DNA from: Veleropilina oligotropha
Taxonomy: Eukaryota
NCBI GenBank assembly: GCA_048128005.1
Contig: JBEUKZ010000024.1
Coordinates: forward strand, 62,001 to 115,877
Direction: 5' to 3'
DNA: 53,877 bases
Under the pieces are notes generated by a model. That model ran no database searches. It was not told the origin of the DNA and worked only from the letters and a program-made list of their open reading frames with translations. The translations under genes were made by a program, and so were the position numbers. Numbering within the stretch: position 1 is the stretch's first letter; each line of letters opens with the position of its first letter. Positions 20,266 to 28,741 of the stretch are shown piece after piece.

Positions 20266-22498
20266 CTATCCCGCTCTGCTTGCGGGATTTCGCTGGAGGT
20301 GCTCGCCTCTTTGGAGTGGGTTTATTGGCCGGAGGCCTACCACCCGAAGAGGGCTTCGCACGCTTAGAAGGCTTCGGGGCCGGGGTGGGCCCGGAGCGCT
20401 TCTTCGAGTTAGCAGGTGGACCCCGGGTGGGGAGCAGTACTGCCTTCTCGATGGCACGGTCCTTAATGTCCGCCGCTCTCTTGTCAACAAACTCCGTGAA
20501 GTTGTCACCAAAGAGAGTGGTGGCCGAGCAAGGTACGCATCGCAACGAGCGCCGGGTGGGCTCGTCCAGCGAGGTACCTTCCAGGCAAGCATCCCTACGA
20601 AGTAGGAGGGCATTGCCCAGGACACGTCCCGTCTCCAACGCGCTGGTCTCCTGCGCGGCAGCAACCTCCTGGAGGAAGGACAGGGCAGCCTCGGTGGCGC
20701 CGGGTCCATTCTCCTGTAATACGGCTATCGCCCCGTCTAGGAAAAAATCCTGAACGGACGATAGCCGCAGAGCCCGTCGGGCGGAGCTCTCGAAAGCTTC
20801 CAAGGCGGACCAAGGAACTTTCGCTACGGAGGGAGGGTGACTGGCGGTCAGTCGACGCAACGAAGCGTCAACACGAGCCGGCTCAGTCGCCAGGCACGGG
20901 CCAGTGCATTCGAACGGGATCGCTCGAGTACTGGCCCGGAGGTACCTCCCACTACGGAACCCCGAAGGGAACTCGTTCAGCGGGGAGGACTCCACCGGAT
21001 TGCGCCCCTGAACGAGCTTGGTGATCGAGTCTACAACAAGATCCACCAGCCCGGACTGAGGTAAGGAGGGGAGCTCGGGGGCTTCCCTCGCAACAAACCG
21101 ATGTGCTGCCGTCCTATGCTTGGCTACGTCTACAGCCGACCGAGTCGGTTCCGACAAGCCAAGCACCCCGCGAAGTGACGCAACAGCGTCGAGCCTTCGG
21201 CGGGTGGAGGAGGTCGGCTCCTGCGTGCCTGTAAGACTAATGTCTTCGGACCCGACCGATTCAGGGAGGTCGGTGTGATTTGAACAGAGATCCTCGTCGG
21301 AACGAGGGTCGATGTCTATCACTGAGGCAGGAGCCGTGCTCTGCGCCATGGGCAGAAGTGTAGGTACCAGGTGCGGCTCGGGAGCCGTCGGCCAGGCCTT
21401 ACACCGTTCCTCGATCCCCGCCGCGATCCATGCCTGGACGTTCTCAAAAGAGAAACCCGGAGGCAGGACGGGCGACGAACTAACAGCCGGTAGTTCTGTC
21501 GAGGTAACCGTGGCGCTAGGTAGACGGGCTGCATTGACAGGTCGAACCGAGGACCAGGGTCCACGGGCACTTGTCGAGGGGTCGAACCCGAAGGACTGGC
21601 CCGGAGGCGCAGTCAGTGGGCCGGACGACCGATAGGACTGCGGCAACAGTTCTGATCGGTCTACCACTCTGTTCGAGCGAGGCACGGACGGAAAACCGCC
21701 GTAGAACCCCGTCCCGAACGCAGCCGGTCTGTCCACGTTCTCTAGCGTGACCACGGTGGGTGCACGGGAGAGACCGGGCCCTCTGAATGTCTCGTGAGCT
21801 TCGAGGTTGAGCGGAAAACCCCTAGGGGAAGTCGCATCGTTCTCGACCGAGGATTCAGGTTTCGCCGATTGTCCGAGTCTTAGACCTACAAGTAGGTGCC
21901 CGGCCTCTTTAAAGGCTTTCTCTGCATTGGGTCTGTCACCGTAGGAAGACGGTGAGTTTCCCGCAGAAGGACTAACTGTCCCCTTATTCTTCGAGGCCGA
22001 AGAAAAGGATGGGGATGGTCTGCCCTGTTCAGCTGTTCGCTGCGCTGTCATGTATACCTTGCTAGCCGGCAAGGTATGGCTGACTGCAGTTACTAGGCCC
22101 AGTTGTGGAGGAACGGTCGACACTCGGGTCTTTACCTGAATCTGGGGTACCGGCAAGGTTTCGGTGACTCTCCCAAGAGTCGCGGAGGTTTCGCCGGTGG
22201 ATGCGGCGACAGACGTCCCCTTTTGTCGGCTGTCGTCCAGCGTCCCTGAAGTAGACAAATAAGAAACGTTAGGTAACTTACCGGTCTCTTCCTGACCCTT
22301 CTCCGGGGGAGGACCCACCGTGGCAGTCGCCCTGGTCGACTTACCGTGGTGAGACAGGGTTGCCCACTGCTTATCTGATAGAAGAAAGCACAGATCACAT
22401 TGATGATGTATACTACAGCTACGGTGTTTACAACATTCCTTGTGCCTATCAAATGCGTGAATTTTCTGGTTACACCCGGAGCTACTGCACCGGACCAT
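20249..22498 (-). CDS. DIRS ORF1 (Gag-like), copy B, 749 aa
   Basis: The ATG at 22498 aligns with the copy A start (TAGCT-ATG in both). N-terminal Cys/His zinc-finger-like cluster; LLRRDACL region. Confidence 0.9.
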   Translation of the reverse strand: MVRCSSSGCNQKIHAFDRHKECCKHRSCSIHHQCDLCFLLSDKQWATLSHHGKSTRATATVGPPPEKGQEETGKLPNVSYLSTSGTLDDSRQKGTSVAASTGETSATLGRVTETLPVPQIQVKTRVSTVPPQLGLVTAVSHTLPASKVYMTAQRTAEQGRPSPSFSSASKNKGTVSPSAGNSPSSYGDRPNAEKAFKEAGHLLVGLRLGQSAKPESSVENDATSPRGFPLNLEAHETFRGPGLSRAPTVVTLENVDRPAAFGTGFYGGFPSVPRSNRVVDRSELLPQSYRSSGPLTAPPGQSFGFDPSTSARGPWSSVRPVNAARLPSATVTSTELPAVSSSPVLPPGFSFENVQAWIAAGIEERCKAWPTAPEPHLVPTLLPMAQSTAPASVIDIDPRSDEDLCSNHTDLPESVGSEDISLTGTQEPTSSTRRRLDAVASLRGVLGLSEPTRSAVDVAKHRTAAHRFVAREAPELPSLPQSGLVDLVVDSITKLVQGRNPVESSPLNEFPSGFRSGRYLRASTRAIPFECTGPCLATEPARVDASLRRLTASHPPSVAKVPWSALEAFESSARRALRLSSVQDFFLDGAIAVLQENGPGATEAALSFLQEVAAAQETSALETGRVLGNALLLRRDACLEGTSLDEPTRRSLRCVPCSATTLFGDNFTEFVDKRAADIKDRAIEKAVLLPTRGPPANSKKRSGPTPAPKPSKRAKPSSGGRPPANKPTPKRRAPPAKSRKQSGIGKPRP

Positions 22499-23283
22499 AG
22501 CTAAATACACGGGAGGGTGGACGTGGGTAGACGGGGTAGATAAATAGGTATATATATGGTAGTTGAGACTTCTTTCCTTGGAGGGAGTACTACGACAACT
22601 CACAGAATTGTCCTGATCTGAAGATTAGAGATCAAGCGATATACCGTTATTAGAACCCCGAACTGGGAACACCGAGGTCGGGTATTTTACCCGACCGACC
22701 CGGTAACCCGGCAAATTGACTAAAACAAAGGGGGGTTCTTTCCTCGAAAAAACCCGCCCAGAAAAACACCTGAAAACCTCGTGGATGTTTTAAGTTAGTA
22801 CAATGGCGTATTATCCCAGCAACGGCAGGATATCAGAAAATTAACGCAAGCTTAATATCAAAAGATCCTGCCTTTTAACAACGCTAGAAAATTTTATATA
22901 TATATAATAAATAACCAGCAAATAGCGTTGTTAAGGAATTATCCAATGTAATGAGTTACCTGTTTTGCAGTCTCAAACAATATCAGATAATTATACAGAC
23001 CAGAAATTTCAGCTACCACTCGAAACTTTCCCTCTAAGCGGCCATCTTTAATGGCCACTGGCGTCCTTGACGACGATGTCTGTTTCCTTTGATGTCCAGA
23101 ACTTCCTCGAAGTTTTGAGAATCACTCTTCTTATATTCACATGTGTTTTATATCCACAACACTGTTATATTCCACTACTTATATACTATATAAGTAGAAA
23201 CTGCGCCCTGATTTAACGTGAAATCGGGCGCCTATATCGAAATATTTGCGGAGCAAAAACAACGTCTTTCCGCGGCAGCGGAA

Positions 23284-23501
23284 AACTTTGAATTGATGTC
23301 ATGTGACTTCTATTGTTCAGAAGTCTCACGAGACTTGGCGAAGTCTCGCTAGGGAACGTGGGGGGTAGGAGCAGGGGAGGTAACCGTGTGCTTTTTTGGC
23401 TTATAACGGTGCATTATGGGACATATTCACCATTTCCGGTTTGGGCGATAATATGCTATTATGGCAAGAGTAAGGACGTAAGTATGTTTGTAACTATATA
23501 T
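23284..23501 (-). repeat. Left ITR (23284-23489) plus 12 nt left extension of DIRS copy B
   Basis: Reverse complement of 16068-16273. The outer 40 nt are complementary to the ICR. Confidence 0.95.
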
Positions 23502-23560
23502 TTTCAGATATGACATTAGTTCCTGATTATTAGACAATTATTATATTGTTTATCACTTAC

Positions 23561-23678
23561 CTAGTTTTGTCTGAGAACTTGTCACTCATGTGTATTGGGT
23601 TAATCACTGGAATGTTGAGGGTTCCAGCAAAATGCCCTATAGATGCTGTTATGGGCTTCGAAGTACAGGATACAATGC
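23561..23678 (-). CDS. Class C GPCR exon 2 (not in ORF track)
   Basis: ataatag| acceptor and AG|gtaagt donor, phase 1/2. GIVSCTSKPITASIGHFAGTLNIPVINPIHMSDKFSDKTR resembles mGluR GVIGAASS..IPQISYASTS..LSDKTR. Confidence 0.88.
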
Positions 23679-23696
23679 CTATTATAATATATAAAG

Positions 23697-23955
23697 GGAG
23701 GAATGATGCTTAATATCCTGTATATTTACAACATCGAGGTTCAAGGCAGGACATGTCCGTGTTATCGCGGGAGGAAACCCCGGTCGCCTGGGTAGACTCG
23801 CCCTCTTCGGCCAGTCGCAGTCAACTGTGATTCATAACTTGAACAAATGTCAATGCCTCAGCCAGGTATTGAACCCACCACTGTTCGCATTAGTGGAATC
23901 AAGCCAGTGAAGTTAGAGTGGACACTCTTACCCACTGCGCTGCAGAAGTGGCCAG
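23697..23955 (-). mobile_element. Full-length tRNA-derived SINE (family 1)
   Basis: 11 bp TSD aatatataaag (23686-23696, 23956-23966). A box ..GCGCAGTGG and B box GGTTCAATACC on the minus strand. Confidence 0.85.
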
Positions 23956-25101
23956 AATATATAAAGAATATATTATGTTTCCTGAAGATGAATAACTGAA
24001 ACTGCTACAGATAATCTGAAAAAGTTAGGTTCTTGAAAAGTTGATGGAAACTTGAAGTAGACCTACGCTGCAAATATAATACATCAGTAACATCCCAAGC
24101 GGATTTACCCTATAGCGCAGCGCATACTCAGTGTTGCGTCAATTATTAATGCTTTGCATATATATATTGCACTTAACTATACTGCCAATACACTGTATTC
24201 CAAGATCAGTCAGGCGGTCCCAGCTAGTTGATTGAAGCGTTACCCCAAATATTGATTGTCCGGGTGACCATAGACTTTATATTCTTATATCAATGATAGT
24301 CTTTCTGTTTTGGAAACAGGGAAAGATCGCCCACAATGTAGTGGTTGATATCATCACGCAGTCATTACGAATTTACTGGCTTCACTGTTTCATCCTCGTT
24401 TGGGCACTTTGTTTAATGAACAGATACATTTGTCCTTTACTGGCTATCAAACACCTTTTATCTGGCTTACCTACATTAATAATATGGACACGACCTGATA
24501 CCATATGTTAAAATGTGGCATTTTAACAATCGGATCCAAAAATCACACTGGCACAGCGATGAGGAAACAATAACAATGTAAATTTAACTTTAAACATATT
24601 TATCAGGGGCACCACATGTACAGAGGGGGGGGGGGGGCATAGTATATAGTATATGGCTGACTAAAAACATCACATTTTCAGCCTCAAAAGCAGGAGAAGC
24701 TCAAAAGTTTCTTGTGCAAAGTTTGAAATTGTGTGAATCTAAAAACATAGCCATTTGTAGTCTCATACTACATAGCACAGGAAAAACTGTTTCACAGTTC
24801 TCAATACTAAAATTTCCTGCAGGTGGGGGCCCATGCATCACCGGCCCACACGCATGTGCACCATTAATTAAAACTTAAAACATATCATTTGCCCAAACCC
24901 AGAATGCAAGAGATGCTGACGGTATAAATTATTATTAATAATAAATATATTTAGGCCTACACAGTTTAAATACTAAAGATTTTCTTGCACTTGGGGTCTC
25001 ACACAGTTGATTGTGAAACAATTGCAAAATAAGCACCCCCCCAAAAAAAATCAAAAATCTGCACACGCCTCTGGAGAGCTGTTTACCCGCACAGCACAGT
25101 G

Positions 25102-25268
25102 GCCTGGATCGCTGCTTATCGTTCGTCTGTTCACGTTAGACGACTAGCGCAGTTCACTGTTACTATATTATAAAATAGTCTATATAATATTATAGACTAT
25201 ATAATATAGTAACAGTGAACTGCTAGTCGTCAAACGTGAACAGACGAACGATAAACAGCGATCCAGGC
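25102..25268. repeat. Near-perfect 167 bp palindrome (fold-back element)
   Basis: gcctggatcgctg...cagcgatccaggc arms pair almost to the AT-rich centre. Confidence 0.85.
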
Positions 25269-25276
25269 AGGCCCCT

Positions 25277-25892
25277 GTGTGTGTACCCACCCACCTTCGC
25301 GGGCACCTTTTTGATAAAGGAATAGATATAAATCTTGAATGGATCCCAGCCCACGTAGGCATTTTAGGCAATGAAATGGCAGACACAGCAGCAAAAAAGG
25401 GAATGACAAACCCAGATTACACTCTAAATAATATCCCGCTTAGCCACAATGAAGTCAAAAGCATAGTCAGAACTCACATTAACAATGAGTGGCAAGATCG
25501 TTGGAATCACCATGATAAAGGCAGACATCTTTTTCAACTTAAAAATAAAATAGGCAAACCAATTAAGATGCAAACTAGCAAACTTGAAAGTAAAACAATA
25601 ACGCGCCTACGACTCGGGCACTCAGGTCTACTAGCTCATAGATACAGAATTAAATCTTGTGAATCGCCAAAATGTCCCCATTGCGACTTTCCAGAAACAG
25701 TCGATCATTACCTGCTAGAATGTCCCGCACATATAAATGAAAGACAAACGCTTAAAGATACGTTAAAAACAGCTTATATAATTGAAATTGACAAAAAAAA
25801 CACTTCTAGCACCACCAGAACCAGCAGCTACCTACACATATAGGGCATTAGCTAAATATATCAAAGACACCGGTTACATAAACAAAATATAG
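25277..25892 (+). pseudogene. 3' end of ORF2 of an I-group (RNase H-bearing) LINE, 5'-truncated, frameshifted at the A-run near 25795
   Basis: WIPAHVGILGNEMADTAAK (RNase H C-terminus), WQDRW, RLRLGH and CPHC..ETVDHYLLEC zinc knuckle. Continues as YRALAKYIKDTGYINKI*. Confidence 0.9.
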
Positions 25893-26142
25893 ATAAGTGC
25901 GCCACCAATAGGCAATAAACTGGCAAAAGCAGGCTATTAATAATATAAGGAGAGGAATAGAGGGAGGTCAGTAAGCAAAACTACCTCAAACCAACACCAA
26001 CCAAAACAATTCTAACTAAGAAAGAGGCAGTAGCTCACTTCACATATAGAGCCTTAGCAAAGTATATAACCGACACTGGCTATATCAATAAAATATAGAC
26101 GAGTGAACCCCATCCCAGAAAGGAAATAACCAACAACAATAG

Positions 26143-26406
26143 TCTAGCTAGGTACACAACGAGTTGGCCCGGTTCTAGGCAAACAACCGCGCGCGGTTTG
26201 TCCTAAAGTCTGCAACTCGCCGCGTAAAAATCTAACTAGTTAGACAACGAGTTGGTCCGGTTCTAGGCAAACAACCGCGTGCGGTTTGTCCTATAGACCA
26301 CAACTCGCCGCGTAAAAATCTAACTAGTTAGACAACGAGTTGGTATGATTCTAGACAAACAACCGCGCGCGGTTTGTCTAAAGGCGGCAACTCGTCCGCG
26401 TTAAAA
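26143..26406 (+). repeat. Three tandem 88 bp stem-loop units
   Basis: Units start at 26156, 26244 and 26332. Each has CGAGTTG/CAACTCG and TAGRCAAAC/GTTTGT(C)CTA stems and a palindromic spacer tctaactagttaga. Confidence 0.9.
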
Positions 26407-26554
26407 CAAACTATATCGAATAGAGGGAGGTCAGTCAGCAAAACTACCTCAAACCAACACCAAAAAAAATACAAAAAAATAAAATCCAAAAATATTTCAT
26501 ATTTCTGTTATTTTTTATTTTTATTTTATTATTTTATTTTTTTATAATTTTATA

Positions 26555-27180
26555 GGTTTAGCACATTCATAATTAATGAAAGCGGCCCTGCTGCATTAGA
26601 CTCGGGGCAGTAATCGCTACCCAAGCAGCATCAGGGATGCTAGCGAAGGTGCATTACACAAATAGGAGTAATGTGCATAAGCGATAACAAATAAAAGTCT
26701 CAGATACACTCATGGTAAAGAGCTAGGCCCTGTTGCTTTAGACTCGGGGCTGTAGGCGTGACCTTAGCGACATCTCCGATGCCAGCGACGGGACCCTACG
26801 CAAATAGGGGAGTGTACAGAGACAAATTCATATAAACGTCTGACACACTCATGGTGGGGATAGGCTCTGGGGGGCAGTAGCTGATGCCTTCCGACGTCAC
26901 CTTGATGTACGTGGATATTTGGTTACGGTAAATAGGGGAGTGTGCAGACAAATCTACAACTAAAATGTTTCAGACACACTCATGGTGGGGATAGGCTCTG
27001 GGGGGCAGTAGCTGATACCTTCCGACGTCACCTTGATGTACGTGGAGATTTGGTTACGGAAAATAGGGGAGTGTGCAGAAACAAAAGCAAATAAAATACA
27101 AACACCTCTTGCACTACACTATACATAACGCATACCAAACACACGAAACCAGGCATACTCATGGAGGATGGAGTATGCCT
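26555..27180 (+). ncRNA. Four diverged copies (plus one mini copy) of an unidentified multi-branch RNA structure
   Basis: Compensatory changes in three helices between copies; G-U pairs favour the + strand. Function unknown. Confidence 0.55.
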
Positions 27181-28025
27181 TGTTACTTCTTTCTTTTATT
27201 TTCTCAAATATCAAATAAAATGCCGAAACAGCAAATAAAATACATCCACTGCAATACACTACACATCACGCACTCATCCTCCAACTTAATTAACTTATTT
27301 TTCAACATTTCGGAATTTTAATTCAGGCTATTACATTTTATTTTTTTCTCTCGATTACAGCCTTTTTTCAACTACATAGCATATTGATTAACTAAATGTT
27401 GAAATGTTATGTAGACGCAATATATTGATATATTCAATATATATATATATATAAATATATAATTTTTTTTATTTTTTATTTACTAGTAATATAACCGTTA
27501 TAACTTACAAGTTACGGCAGTACGATCGATGATGATTAATGTTAATGTCTGTCAACTTTATCACAAAATAAATGCAGTAACTACTAAATTTCTTTTCATT
27601 ATTTTTACAGTTTTTTTTGGTGGCCCTGAATCGGTGCGTTGGTGAAGGGGGCCGTTGGATGCTGGACGGACGGTGTGTCTGGCCGCCGGGTCCGTGCGGG
27701 GTTCGGCCTTGTCTCTTCGGTGCGTGGACGGCGTCCGTGGCGGTGGCGGTCTTCTTCTTGGCGTGCTCGGTGTGGGTGGCGGCGTGGCGGATGACGTTTT
27801 ACGGGAGGGCCTTGGGAGCGTGTGAGCCATATACGACATCCATGGCGGAAAACAAATATAAAGAAGAACGACAACTAGAAAGACAAGAGGTCGAAAACAC
27901 GGAAAACGTGGGAGACCTCGTTAAAATCGAATTAAACAACAACAACAAGGGCACCTGCGTCTAGCTGTCTAGTCGCATATGTAATGATTACGTACGCTAG
28001 GTTCCTTCATTAAAAGCAAACTTTA

Positions 28026-28064
<39 letters not shown>

Positions 28065-28110
28065 TAATTTACCCACACGTGTGAATTGAGTGATCTACGA
28101 TGATACTCAC

Positions 28111-28480
28111 CCAGCAAAATAGACTTTGAATTCACTTCTGTAATTTTATCATCTGCTGCTATGTAGGGATTGTGTATGTGTGTTTTACGCAACATGCTCA
28201 TGAGCCCACGAATTGCAACGTCACTCTCTCGACATGCGTCCACCACCAGCAACTCAATGATGTCACGATGGGCGTTATCTGCCAGCAGGAAACGTTCGAC
28301 AAGCGTCAAATAAACGAGGCCTCTGACGTCAGCAGTATCGCATGCAGAATTGACACGGCGATGGAGATCGAACACGCCAATAACGGAAAACGTGGAGTGC
28401 GTATTGCATGATGCAATCAAAGTGCATAATATGAAACGACACACTAACGCATTTGGTGACGTGCTGGCAAAATATTCCAT
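28111..28480 (-). CDS. Class C GPCR first coding exon: signal peptide and start of VFT 1
   Basis: gctgcag|ATG acceptor and G|gtgagt donor (phase 1). Hydrophobic ALVCRFILCTLIASC, then IGVFDLH..ACD..RGL..VVDAC matching the mGluR N-terminus. Confidence 0.85.
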
Positions 28481-28741
28481 CTGCAGCAATTAATTCTGAA
28501 AGACAAACGGTAAGTATTAATAGAATCAAGGGCAATCCCAGAACGGCGGTCCCAAATTATTAAACCACCTAATTTGACTATGTACAACACGTCGCACTGC
28601 ACCCCCTCAGTCATAAATTACAGGAAAACGAAAATGACACTTCAGAAAGTTGTTGGAGCTCCAACAGGTTTACAACATTAGTAAGTACCGGTACAGTAAG
28701 CTAAGTACTACAAGTATGTTTGTTGTTTCGGCGTGAAACTG

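Larger units (their letters stand above)
16035..23501 (-). mobile_element. Complete DIRS1-type YR retrotransposon, copy B (7467 bp), in GPCR intron 2
   Basis: 206 bp ITRs, an ICR complementary to both outer ends, three intact ORFs and no target-site duplication. Confidence 0.97.
25893..28061 (+). mobile_element. Probable ~2.1 kb 3' UTR of that LINE, ending in ATTAAA and (AT)n
   Basis: Directly follows the ORF2 stop, contains tandem structured modules, and ends in stem-loop, attaaa and a microsatellite tail. No TSD found, so the right boundary is inferred. Confidence 0.5.

Noticed and set aside
1660..21635. Plus-strand ORFs antisense to the DIRS genes
   Set aside because: Short, expected shadows of GC-rich dual-coding DNA, with starts and lengths mostly not conserved between copies.
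22499..22603. GTG-initiated N-terminal extension of gag B
   Set aside because: Not conserved in copy A; the homologous ATG is at 22498.
23860..23955. Functional tRNA gene
   Set aside because: The A/B boxes belong to a multicopy SINE with body, tail and TSD; no proper cloverleaf.
26736..26796. TPP riboswitch resemblance (GACUCGGGG...AUGCCAGCG..GGGA)
   Set aside because: Lacks the essential CUGAGA junction and matching P2/P3, and the sister modules do not keep the similarity.
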